This document shows, one piece after another, positions 48,457-57,944 of a stretch of DNA of 64,000 nucleotides. The position numbers and the translations under genes are program-made. The notes beneath the pieces are model-generated. The model saw only the letters and a list, made by a program, of their open reading frames with translations. It was not told where the DNA came from and did not search any database. The first letter of the stretch is position 1; each line of letters opens with the position of its first letter. This stretch comes from Candidatus Marinacidobacterales bacterium. GTDB lineage: Bacteria > Acidobacteriota > Vicinamibacteria > Marinacidobacterales > SMYC01. The DNA lies in NCBI GenBank assembly GCA_965224085.1, contig CBDCYI010000005.1:864001-928000 (forward strand), read 5' to 3'.

Positions 48457-49652
48457 GACGCCAGACCGAATATTTGCAATACGAGTCTTCGCCGGGAGAT
48501 CCACACCGCCCGAGTGCGACGCCTCTTTACCAAACGGCGACGTTCCGCCTCCAGGATGGCGCCGAGTTCGACTACTCCCGCTCCGGGAACCCGACGCGAT
48601 CGGTCGTCGAGGAGCAGCTTGCGGCCATCGAAAGGGGCACCGCGGGCTTCGCGTTTTCGAGCGGCATGGCAGCCCTCGATGCGGTGTGCTCGCTCGTCTC
48701 CGCCGGCGAAGAGATTGTCGCCTGTGTGGACTTGTATGGTGGTACATACCGGCTGCTATCCCACGTCGTCGCGCGGCGCGGGGTGCGGGTGCGTTTCGTG
48801 AACACGTCGGACGATTCGGTTCTCGTCGAAGCGCTCGAAAGAGCGCCCCGGCTCGTTCTCGTCGAAACGCCCACGAATCCTCTTCAGAGCGTAACCGATC
48901 TGTATCGATTGTCCGAGCTCGCGCGCGCACGTGGAAGCCTCGTTGCTGTCGACAACTCCTTGATGTCAGCCTATCTTCAAACACCGCTTCAATGTGGCGC
49001 GCATCTCGTGATCCACTCAGCGACGAAGTTTCTCAACGGGCATAGCGATGTGACCGCGGGCGCCGTGGTTACGAGCGACGCGGAGCTCGCGGAGAAAGTC
49101 CGCTTTCACCAAAACGCTACAGGGACCGCGCTCGCGCCATTCGAAGCCTGGCTTCTCGCGCGCGGCATGAAGACGCTCGCCCTCCGCCTCGACCGCCAGC
49201 AACGCAATGCCGAAGTGCTAGCTCGCTACCTGAGAGATCATGAAGCGGTGACCCGCGTTCACTATATCGGCCTCCCGGACCACCCCGGACGCGAGACCCA
49301 CAATCGCCAATCGCTCGGCCCCGGAGCCGTCATCGCGGTCGAGACGGGCTCGCTCGAGCGCTCCTTGGCTCTCGTCGAAGAAGCAAAGCTGTTCGACGTT
49401 ACCGTCAGCTTCGGCGGTGTGCGGTCGACGTTGAGCCTTCCCGCGAGGATGTCGCATGCGAGCATTCCCGAAGAAGTCCGCTCGAGGCGGCAATTCCCTG
49501 AAGATCTCATCAGGCTATCGATCGGGATCGAGCACCTCGAAGATCTTCGCGGCGACCTTTCTCGCGCACTCGATCGCGCGCTCGCCGCGTCGGAGCTTTT
49601 GGTTCGAAACGAGAACTCGCGGCTCGTATCCCGTGCTCGTGCACGTCGATAG
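48453..49652 (+). CDS. metC: PLP-dependent transsulfuration enzyme, probably cystathionine beta-lyase
   Basis: DYSRSGNPTR, SSGMAA, ETPTNP, HSATKFLNGHSDV, SFGGV.S, MSHASIP; metB cannot be excluded. Confidence 0.75.
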   Translation: MRRQTEYLQYESSPGDPHRPSATPLYQTATFRLQDGAEFDYSRSGNPTRSVVEEQLAAIERGTAGFAFSSGMAALDAVCSLVSAGEEIVACVDLYGGTYRLLSHVVARRGVRVRFVNTSDDSVLVEALERAPRLVLVETPTNPLQSVTDLYRLSELARARGSLVAVDNSLMSAYLQTPLQCGAHLVIHSATKFLNGHSDVTAGAVVTSDAELAEKVRFHQNATGTALAPFEAWLLARGMKTLALRLDRQQRNAEVLARYLRDHEAVTRVHYIGLPDHPGRETHNRQSLGPGAVIAVETGSLERSLALVEEAKLFDVTVSFGGVRSTLSLPARMSHASIPEEVRSRRQFPEDLIRLSIGIEHLEDLRGDLSRALDRALAASELLVRNENSRLVSRARARR

Positions 49653-49677
49653 GCTGCGCCGGTGGGATACTTCCTTG

Positions 49678-50550
49678 TCAGTTCTTCTTCCGGCGTCCAA
49701 AAAGACCTTCCAACGCGTCCCCGGCCGCTTCCGTCACTGCTTTTTTCGCTTCGCGCTTCGCGCCTTGTTTCGCCTGCGCGAGAAGCGCGCCGCTATCCGG
49801 TCGCACCTTGGCGGATTGAAGCATCCCACCAACCGTCATCGGAACAGGCACCCAGCCTTCGTCATCGGCGAGCACGTCGAGCGTTGCGCCTCCGATGCCC
49901 TGAATCTCGAGACCATCCCGCGGCGTCGCGACAGAGAACTCGAGGCCGATGGGTCCTTCGAGACTCACCGTGCCGCTCAGGTCGAGACGCGCGACGTCGC
50001 TCGTGAAACGGAAAGGCGACAAATGGATGACGTTGTTCTCGAGCGTGAAGCTCGCCTCCGTCGCTTCGTAAGCCGCTCCCACGAGTACCGGTTTTCCTAG
50101 TGCTTTGTCGACGCCCGTGAACATATCGATGTTGGGAAACTCTCCGGCGGCCAGCTGCAACCCGCCCGTCGCCTTGACGTCTTTGGTCTCTGCGCCCGAT
50201 CCTTCCGCTTCGAGGCGAACCGTCCCCGGCCCGAATCCCTCGGAAGCTCCCGTCATAGAGTTCAAGTCGAGCGGATCCCCCTGCGCCGACATGGTGTAAG
50301 TGAACGGAACGGGGTTGAAGTCGACTTGCGCATCCGCACCGAAATTTCCATGCGGCGTCCTGAACACAAGCTCCGTCAAATCGAACAGCGCGCGGGCGAG
50401 CTGAAACGTGCTCTTCAAATCGCTCACGGTGATCGTGTCGAGCACGATTTGCGTGATCGTCAGCTCCCCTTCGGCCGAGAGCGCCGCAAGAGATTCTGCA
50501 GTCGGTACTGAACACGAATTCGAGTCACTCCCCGGTCCGCCCGCACGGGC
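49678..50550 (-). pseudogene. AsmA-like protein C-terminal fragment, 5' part lost at the IS6 boundary
   Basis: Beta-taco-like repeats, LSGTVSL.G, VPMTVGG.L..KV.PD, helical tail. Confidence 0.55.
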
Positions 50551-50556
50551 GGTGCC

Positions 50557-51362
50557 ATTGCTGTCAAATTGAGCTGGTGACTGACAGAATGGTCCAATGA
50601 AGACCGATGCGCCAAGCTACCACGGCTATCGATTTCCACCGGAAATCATCAGCCACGCCGTCTGGCTCTACCACCGATTCTGCGTGAGCTTTCGAAACGT
50701 CGAAGAGCTGCTTGCTCAGCGAGGCATCACGGTTTCCTACGAAGCGATCCGACTTTGGTGCATCAAGTTCGGGCCGGAATACGCTCGGCGACTGAAGCGT
50801 CGGCAGGGTCGCCTTGGTGACACGTGGCACCTGGACGAGGTCTTCATAAAGATACAAGGCGAACGCCAATACCTCTGGCGCGCGGTAGACCAAGATGGTG
50901 ATGTGATTGATATCCTCGTCCAGCCTCGCCGTGATCAGAAAGCCGCCAAACGATTCTTCCGCAAGCTGTTGAAAGGGCAAGGCCGTCCGCCCTGGCAGCT
51001 GGTCACCGACAAACTGAGAAGCTACAGCGCCGCTCACCGCGAGGTCATGCCGTCCGTCGTCCACGACACTGACCAGTACAGAAACAACCTAGCCGAAGTC
51101 TCGCACGAACCGACGCGACAACGGGAACGACAGATGCGGAAGTTTAAAACTCCTTGGCAGGCGCAACGATTCTTGACCGTGCATGGACTCGTGCAAAACC
51201 TCTTTCGCGTCGGACGGCATTTGTTGCAAGCGCATCATCATCGGGAGCTACGAGACCGCGCTTTCATCGTCTGGCAGGAGGTAACCTGTGCCGTCCGATG
51301 AGAGCAAAGGAAATCAGCTCGACGCAATAGGTTCGCTCGCTCAACGTCAACTTGACAATACC
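50557..51362 (+). mobile_element. IS6-family insertion sequence
   Basis: Imperfect IRs TGCTGTCAAATTGA / TCAACTTGACAATACC; no target duplication seen. Confidence 0.85.
50597..51301 (+). CDS. IS6-family transposase (intact)
   Basis: GYRFPPEII..AVWLY.RF, WHLDEVF, YLWRAVDQDG, VTDKL.SY, NNLAEVSH. Confidence 0.95.
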   Translation: MKTDAPSYHGYRFPPEIISHAVWLYHRFCVSFRNVEELLAQRGITVSYEAIRLWCIKFGPEYARRLKRRQGRLGDTWHLDEVFIKIQGERQYLWRAVDQDGDVIDILVQPRRDQKAAKRFFRKLLKGQGRPPWQLVTDKLRSYSAAHREVMPSVVHDTDQYRNNLAEVSHEPTRQRERQMRKFKTPWQAQRFLTVHGLVQNLFRVGRHLLQAHHHRELRDRAFIVWQEVTCAVR

Positions 51363-51435
51363 TCGACGAGTCCTCGGAGTGGTGAGCGCCTCCTCGAAAT
51401 GCCACGCGCGTGACCTTCTTGCGTACGGCCGTCGA

Positions 51436-52104
51436 CTATACCAGCGTGCGGAGCCAGTGGCCTATGTCGGCGATCTCCTGCGGCGACACGCTGTGCGGCA
51501 TCGGATAGCTATGCCATTCGACGGCGTAGCCATTTTCCTCGAGGGTCGCGACGGTCCGCTCCGCAAGATGGATAGGCACCACGGCATCTTGTGAGCCGTG
51601 GGCCATGAAGATGGGGACAGCCCGGTTCGCCTCGGAGGCGCGCTCTTTAATAAGGTTGGGAAGAGGGTGGTAGCAGGAGAGCGCAAGGATGCCGCCGAGA
51701 CGCTCTTCGGCCTGGAGTCCCGCATAGAGGACGATGGCGCCGCCTTGGGAGAAACCGGCCACCACGATTTTCTCGCTCGCTATGCCGAGCGCGCGTTCGT
51801 GCGCGATCCATGCCTCGAGCTGTTCTCCGGACTCTTCGAGATGCGCCTCTTCGACATGCCGTTCGAGGTCGAGCGTCTTGATGTCGTACCAGGCGCGCAT
51901 GACCGCACCCCCATTGATGGTCACGGGACGCATCGGCGCGTGCGGGAAAACGAAACGCACGCTGGCAGCCTCCGGAATACGGAGCTCGGGAACGATCGGT
52001 CCGAAGTCATGACCGTCCGCCCCCAGGCCATGCAGCCAAATGACGGAGGCTTTTGGCTCGGAGGACGGGTTCAGTTCGATGGCGGGAAGCAGTTCGGCAG
52101 TCAT
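51436..52104 (-). CDS. Phospholipase/carboxylesterase (alpha/beta hydrolase)
   Basis: WLHGLGADGHDF, PVTINGG..MRAWYD, GFSQGG, HGSQD.VV, MPHSV. Confidence 0.92.
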   Translation of the reverse strand: MTAELLPAIELNPSSEPKASVIWLHGLGADGHDFGPIVPELRIPEAASVRFVFPHAPMRPVTINGGAVMRAWYDIKTLDLERHVEEAHLEESGEQLEAWIAHERALGIASEKIVVAGFSQGGAIVLYAGLQAEERLGGILALSCYHPLPNLIKERASEANRAVPIFMAHGSQDAVVPIHLAERTVATLEENGYAVEWHSYPMPHSVSPQEIADIGHWLRTLV

Positions 52105-55100
52105 CGTTTCAGGAAATCCTCTTTCAGAACGTCGCGAAGGCGGTCGAGAAACTGGTCGGCGTTTGCTTTGGTGAAGACGAGAGGCGGCTTGAGCTTGATG
52201 ACGTTTTCGAGAGGCCCGTCGGTGCTGTTGAGAACCCCGCCGTCTTTCATGCGGTTGACGAGATAGGTCGCCTCTTCCGCCGCCGGCTCGAGCGTCTCTC
52301 GGCTGCGCACGAGCTCGAACCCGAGAAAGAGCCCTCGCCCCCGCACGTCCCCGATGATGGGGTGCTCGGCTTGCAGTTCGCGCAAACCGTTCAAGAGGCG
52401 TTCGCCGAGCACATGCGCGTTCGCCTGCAGCTTTTCTTCCTCGATCACGTCGAGCACCGACAGTCCGATCGCACACGAGACCGGATTGCCGCCAAACGTG
52501 TTGAAATATTCCATCCCGGTATGGAAAGACTCCGCGATCGCGCGGGTTGTAACGACGGCGGCCAACGGGTGGCCGTTCCCGATGGGCTTTCCCATGGTGA
52601 CGATATCGGGCACCGCGTGCTGGGTCTCGAACGCCCAGAAATGCGAGCCGACGCGTCCGAAACCCACTTGAACTTCGTCCGCGATAGAGACGCCGCCCGC
52701 TTCGCGGACGAGCCCGTAGAGCCCTTTCAGATAATCGGGAGGCAAAACGATTTGGCCGCCGCAGCTCAAGATCGACTCGGCGATGAGAGCGCCCACGGGC
52801 CGTCCATCTTTTGCAAGACGTTCGATCAAAGCGCGCGCGTCGTGTAGATAGCGTTCTCCGAATTCGGGATCCGAAGCGCGATGCTGGCCGCGGTATCCGT
52901 CCGGCATGGCGAGCTTGTGCACGTGCCGCGGCGCGCCGCGGCCGCCGCGGCCATCGAACTTGTACGGGCTCATCTCGATGAGTGATGTCAGGTTCCCATG
53001 ATAGGCGCCGTCGAGTACGAGCGTGTCCTTGCGGCCGGAATGCGTACTGGCCAGGCGCAGCGCGAGATCGTTGGCCTCGCTCCCCGAGTTCACGAAGAAG
53101 CAAACTTCGAGGGGAGCGGGGAGCTTAGCCGTCAAGCGCTCGGCATAGTCCACGATGTTGGGATGGAGATAGCGCGTGTTCGTGTTCAAGACGGCGATTT
53201 GATTTTGGGCCGCGCGGACGACGCGCGGATGGCAGTGGCCCACATGGCAGACGTTGTTGACCATGTCCAGATAAGGACGGGCCTCCCTGTCGTAGAGAAA
53301 GACGCGGTGGCCGCGAACGATAGAGAGCGGTTCGCGATAGGACAGACTGAGCGTCCCGGATAGATGTTGTCGCCTTGTTGCGCGGATGGCCTCTTTCGTC
53401 ATCCGCGGATCTTGTGGCGCCGATTCGGCAAGCCCGAGCACGTCGCGCGGATTCGGAGACAGCGCGAGCCATAGCGTTCTCTCGGACGGTTTAGCCACGC
53501 CGGGGAAGTCACCTTTGCGGTCGAGCAAGTCGAGGATAATTTGAAAGTGAAGATGCGGCGGCCAATTGCCGTTTTTCGGGTAGCTTCCGACCACGGCGAA
53601 GACTTCGCCGCGGTCGATGGACTTAGAGCACTCGAGTGCGGAAAGCGAGTCTTCCGAGAGATGGCCGTAGAGCGTCCAGAATCTCTCGCCTTCGTCCGTC
53701 TCGTGCTCGAGGATGATTGTGGGGCCGTAATCGAGCGGTGCGTCGTTCACTTGGAAACTGTGCACGCGGCCCGCGAACGGGGCCGCGAGGCTCGTGCCCG
53801 CTTCGACGAACAAATCGATGCCGATGTGGATCGTGCGCGGCTCGAACCCTTCTCCGAGGCCCGGCCAGAATGCCTCGCTCGTGTAGAGAGCGCGCGCCTC
53901 GTCGTAGCGTCCGATCCCGACGCACGCGCCAGCGTCTCGCATCGCGGTGAAGACGTGTCCGGTGAAGCGCTCGACGTCGTCGAGCACGTCGAGACCGCCA
54001 AGCTCCGTGCTCGAAACACTCAAGTCGAGCTCGTGCCCCCCCCCATCCATCAACGCATCCGGGAGGACGCGCGCGGCGTCCTCGGCGTGCGCGTCGAGCC
54101 AATCCACGACCGCGTGGGCGTGCGGGAGAGGTGCGAGCCCGCACGCGTCGCGAAAGCGGTAGTGAGCAAGCCTCGGGCATATCGACTTTAGCTTCTCGAT
54201 CATCTGCCACGCCGCGCGCTCGCTCACCCTCAGATAGTCTTTGTCGGGCTCGTCCTTCGCTTGGCGTGCCGCGTTCGCGACGCTCATCGCGAGGCGGGTA
54301 CAGATGAGAGGGAAGACGAGCTCGAGCTCGGTAGCACAGAGCGGCCGTGCCTCGTTATAGCCCGCGACGACATGGGACGCGACTTTGACCGGGTCGTCTT
54401 TGTCGAGTATGCAATAGGCGGCCGTGTTCGCCACTTCGAAGACAAGTGCGCTCGAGACCATGTCGCCGAAATCGAGAATTCCAGCCATCTCGCCATCGCG
54501 CACGAGAATGTTGTGGTCGTTCCCATCGTTGTGGATGACGCCTTTCGGGAGTGTTTTGAGCCTCGGCGCAACCTCCTCTTCGAAGCTCCGGAGATAGTAC
54601 TCGACGAGTCCGCGCTTGTGTTTGTCTTTCTTAGTGCCTGGCTTAGTGCCCGCGATATATTCGAGCCCTTCTCGGATGGTGGCTGCGGCGTGTTTCGAGT
54701 CCCAATACAGATAGCGATCCTGCGCGTCATGAGAGAAGCCTTCGAGCGCCTTATCGAGGCGGCCCATGAAGCGTCCCACACCGCGGAGGAGTGCTTCGCG
54801 ATGAGGTCTCGTATCCGCAAGCGGTTTTCCCGGGATAAAATTCAGGAGCCGGCACATGTGGCCGCCTTCGATCGTCTCGATAAGACAGCCCGAGAGTGCG
54901 GTGCGGATCCGGGGGATCGACAGCTCTGGGTCTTTTTGCGCGATGTGGGTGAGCGCTTGATTCTGAAATTCCAGGATCGCGTGCTCTTCGCCGAGGTTCG
55001 CGACTTTCAACACGTGCTTTCCCGTCGAGGTCTCGGCGAGAAAGTTCTGGTCGCGCTCGCTCGCGAGCTCCTCGATCTCTCTCGCTTCGACCCCGTAGAC

Positions 55101-55163
55101 CGCTTTCAGAACGGTCCGCGCTCGGTCGAAGCCGAGCCGCGGCCGCGTCGTGTTCAACATCAT
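52101..55163 (-). CDS. Fusion of APH/choline-kinase-like phosphotransferase, M23-like domain and class III PLP aminotransferase/phospho-lyase
   Basis: HNDGNDHN + DFGD; HIGIDL, LYGHL, HLHFQ; LNTNTRYLH, IADEVQVGFGR, MGKPIGNG. Confidence 0.88.
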   Translation of the reverse strand: MMLNTTRPRLGFDRARTVLKAVYGVEAREIEELASERDQNFLAETSTGKHVLKVANLGEEHAILEFQNQALTHIAQKDPELSIPRIRTALSGCLIETIEGGHMCRLLNFIPGKPLADTRPHREALLRGVGRFMGRLDKALEGFSHDAQDRYLYWDSKHAAATIREGLEYIAGTKPGTKKDKHKRGLVEYYLRSFEEEVAPRLKTLPKGVIHNDGNDHNILVRDGEMAGILDFGDMVSSALVFEVANTAAYCILDKDDPVKVASHVVAGYNEARPLCATELELVFPLICTRLAMSVANAARQAKDEPDKDYLRVSERAAWQMIEKLKSICPRLAHYRFRDACGLAPLPHAHAVVDWLDAHAEDAARVLPDALMDGGGHELDLSVSSTELGGLDVLDDVERFTGHVFTAMRDAGACVGIGRYDEARALYTSEAFWPGLGEGFEPRTIHIGIDLFVEAGTSLAAPFAGRVHSFQVNDAPLDYGPTIILEHETDEGERFWTLYGHLSEDSLSALECSKSIDRGEVFAVVGSYPKNGNWPPHLHFQIILDLLDRKGDFPGVAKPSERTLWLALSPNPRDVLGLAESAPQDPRMTKEAIRATRRQHLSGTLSLSYREPLSIVRGHRVFLYDREARPYLDMVNNVCHVGHCHPRVVRAAQNQIAVLNTNTRYLHPNIVDYAERLTAKLPAPLEVCFFVNSGSEANDLALRLASTHSGRKDTLVLDGAYHGNLTSLIEMSPYKFDGRGGRGAPRHVHKLAMPDGYRGQHRASDPEFGERYLHDARALIERLAKDGRPVGALIAESILSCGGQIVLPPDYLKGLYGLVREAGGVSIADEVQVGFGRVGSHFWAFETQHAVPDIVTMGKPIGNGHPLAAVVTTRAIAESFHTGMEYFNTFGGNPVSCAIGLSVLDVIEEEKLQANAHVLGERLLNGLRELQAEHPIIGDVRGRGLFLGFELVRSRETLEPAAEEATYLVNRMKDGGVLNSTDGPLENVIKLKPPLVFTKANADQFLDRLRDVLKEDFLKR

Positions 55164-56557
55164 TTCATCAGCATCTTCAGCCAGCGGAGCTTGCCTCCAT
55201 ACGGCGGGTAGCGGATGGGTGGATCGAAGAGCGTGCTGCCTTCGACGACCGATTTCTTGTGCGAGAAAGTCTCGAAGCCGTAGCGGCCGTGATAGCTTCC
55301 GCTGCCGCTGCCGCCCCGGCCGCCAAAGGGTAGGGCCGGATTCGAGAACTGGATCAACGCATCGTTGATGGCGCCGCCTCCAAACGGAATCTCCTGCATC
55401 ACGCGCTCTTGACGCTTGCGGTCTTTCGAAAAGAAGTAGAGCGCGAGAGGATTGGGGTGGCGCAGCGTCGTCTCGATCGCTTCGTCGAGGTTTCGATAGG
55501 TGAGCACTGGTAGGATGGGGCCAAAGATCTCCTCATCGAGAGATCTAGCACCTTCCGGGATCTCCGCGAGGATCGTGGGTGCGATGTAGCGTTCGTCGCG
55601 TTCCGTCTCGCCCCCAGTGACGATGCGACCGTCTTCTAGATAGCCCGAAAGCCTATCGAAGTGGCGGTGGTTGACGATACGCGCGAAGTCGGGGCTCGTT
55701 CTCGGATCGTCCCCAAAAAATCGTCGGACGTTCTTCTTCATCAGAGACAGAAAATCCTCGGCCAACGTCTCCGGCACGAGCAAGTAGTCGGGCGCGATGC
55801 AGGTTTGCCCCGCATTCAGAAACTTGCCCCAGGTCAGTCGGCGCGCGGCGACTTCGAGATCGACTTTCTCGTCGACGATGGCCGGACTCTTACCGCCCAG
55901 CTCTAGGGTAGCAGGAGTGAGATGCTTGGCGGCGGCGGTAGCGACGATACGTCCGGCCTCCATTCCTCCCGTGAAGAAGATGTGATCGAAACGCTCGGCG
56001 AGGAGCGCCTCAGCGATCTTGGCGTCGCCAACTACCGTGCTCGCGATCTCCGCGGGAAAATAGCTCGCCGCGAGCTCCGCCAGGAGCTCCGATGTGTGGA
56101 CTGCAGTCTCGGACGGTTTCAAGAGCGCGCAGTTTCCGGCGGCGAGGGCGGCGGCGAGAGGCGCCATCACGAGCTGGAAGGGGTAGTTCCATGGAGCGAT
56201 GATGAGCACGAGTCCCAAGGGCTCGTGACGGATGAAACTCTTCGACGGAAAAAACGTGAGCGGCGTTTTGACCCGCTCGGGCTCCATCCACGTCTCGAGA
56301 TGCTCGAGTGCGTGCGAGCACTCGGCGATGACGAAACCGGTCTCCGAGGCGAAGGCTTCGAACGCGGGCTTTCCCAAATCCGCAGCGAGTGCTTCGTGAA
56401 TCCGTCCCTCGTGATCACGCACGAGAGCGCGGAGGTTTCGCAGCTGTTGCCGCCGGAACGCGTAGGGGCGTGTCGCGCCAGAGCGAAAGAAACGCCGCTG
56501 CTGGTCGAGGACCGCCGCGATGTCGAGCTCGGTGTGTTGGTTTTGGCTCGCGTTCAC
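55160..56557 (-). CDS. Aldehyde dehydrogenase (family 3-like)
   Basis: IAPWNYP, LKPSE, FFTG, LELGGKSP, NAGQTCIAPDY, EEIFGP, PFGG. Confidence 0.95.
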   Translation of the reverse strand: MNASQNQHTELDIAAVLDQQRRFFRSGATRPYAFRRQQLRNLRALVRDHEGRIHEALAADLGKPAFEAFASETGFVIAECSHALEHLETWMEPERVKTPLTFFPSKSFIRHEPLGLVLIIAPWNYPFQLVMAPLAAALAAGNCALLKPSETAVHTSELLAELAASYFPAEIASTVVGDAKIAEALLAERFDHIFFTGGMEAGRIVATAAAKHLTPATLELGGKSPAIVDEKVDLEVAARRLTWGKFLNAGQTCIAPDYLLVPETLAEDFLSLMKKNVRRFFGDDPRTSPDFARIVNHRHFDRLSGYLEDGRIVTGGETERDERYIAPTILAEIPEGARSLDEEIFGPILPVLTYRNLDEAIETTLRHPNPLALYFFSKDRKRQERVMQEIPFGGGAINDALIQFSNPALPFGGRGGSGSGSYHGRYGFETFSHKKSVVEGSTLFDPPIRYPPYGGKLRWLKMLMK

Positions 56558-56569
56558 AATGCGAGCATG

Positions 56570-57310
56570 TTACTCGATCTCGAGTTCGGCAATCAGTGGA
56601 AGGTGATCGGAAGCGCGGCGCGCCAGTCGAAGCCGCGCCCGGTAGACATGGCTCAGACGCACGTCGCCGCGTACGTAGATGGCGTCGAGCGCTCGCACGG
56701 GACCCCAGGCGGGAAACGTCTTTATCGGCGGACCGACGCCGCCGAAACCGGAGGGCTCCAAGAGCTTTCTTCCGAGCGTGCCCCACACATCGTTGAAGTC
56801 TCCCGCAACCACGATCGGCGTTCGATGATGAAGCCCGACGAACGGATGACTCTCGAGAAACTTACGAAGCTGGATCTTTCGTTCGATTCCGGAAAGTCCA
56901 AGGTGGAGGTTGTAGACGTGCAATGTACGCATGTGACGCCCGAGCGAGCCGTTGAGGCGCACCCGATAGCGCGCGTGAAGAACGCTGCGCCGTTTTTTGG
57001 GTGGCACGGTGACGTCGATGTTGGACGTCTCCGTCAGCGGGAACCGGCTCAAGATGGCGTTCCCGTAAGCGCCGCCGCTCCTTATTTTCACGTTCGGAAA
57101 ATAGGTGCGGTGTCGAAGGCCCAAGAAGTCGCCCAGTAGATCGACTTGGCGATCGGCGTTCGACCTGCGGGCGTGCTGGTCGACCTCCTGCAACATGACG
57201 AGGTCTGGATCGTATCGAGCGATAACGTTGGCGACGCGCAACGGATCGTAGAGCCGGTCGACGCCGCCGATGCACTTGTGGATGTTGTAGCTAAGGATCT
57301 TGAAGCGCAC
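56570..57310 (-). CDS. Endonuclease/exonuclease/phosphatase family protein
   Basis: SYNIHK, LQEVD, GNAILS, GDFND, LDAIY, ASDHLP. Confidence 0.92.
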   Translation of the reverse strand: MRFKILSYNIHKCIGGVDRLYDPLRVANVIARYDPDLVMLQEVDQHARRSNADRQVDLLGDFLGLRHRTYFPNVKIRSGGAYGNAILSRFPLTETSNIDVTVPPKKRRSVLHARYRVRLNGSLGRHMRTLHVYNLHLGLSGIERKIQLRKFLESHPFVGLHHRTPIVVAGDFNDVWGTLGRKLLEPSGFGGVGPPIKTFPAWGPVRALDAIYVRGDVRLSHVYRARLRLARRASDHLPLIAELEIE

Positions 57311-57474
57311 GTTAGTTCTGAAAAGCGATCAGTTAACAAATGATACCACGCCGATCGTCGAGAACGACGATTTCGAGAGTTAAAAGCGTCGGCCGAGTCT
57401 GCTATGATGCTGGCGCAGCGAGGTTTTGAGGGGCCTTCCTCGTTCCTCGAGCGAAGCCGTGCGGGCGTACGAAT

Positions 57475-57807
57475 ATGACGCGAAGCGGAAACAGGGGAGG
57501 GCTATCCCTAGCGGATCCGATTGTCGTCACGACACAAGATCCACGAAGTCATCGGTTCACTTTGAGCGGCCCTGCCGGTGATGGCCTCTTGCTCATCGAG
57601 GGTGGCCGCATCGTGCACGTGACCTATGGTGAGCTTCCGCCGCTCGATGCCGCGCACGTTCTTGTGACCGAGCAGAGCGTAGACTTTGAGCTCGAAGCCG
57701 ACGCCGAGATCGCTGGCCACACGACGTCGGTGCCCAGGAGCTTCTGATGGAAGCGATGCGGCGGCTCGACGAAGGACTTTTGAAGCGTCTTGTTCCAATA
57801 AAGTGAT
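57475..57807 (+). pseudogene. DUF4388-like domain remnant, frameshifted
   Basis: GLLLIEGGRIVHVTYG then, in another frame, ELLMEAMRRLDEG. Confidence 0.5.
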
Positions 57808-57944
57808 GACCGACGTCACAATGAGGCGCGTGGGTTTTGGCTTTCGCGGGAGCGTCTGAGCAGCGCGGCGCGGCCGATCCTGGAGGAGGCACCGAGTGTT
57901 AGCGTTTGGATCCGGGGACCCGAGGAGCGCACCGAGAACGGAAC

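Noticed and set aside
51436-53103. 555-aa ORF extension of the carboxylesterase (likewise the 7213 dctM and 36456 ATPase extensions)
   Set aside because: The extensions overlap upstream genes in another frame; true starts are at the overlap codons 52104, 7570 and 36681.
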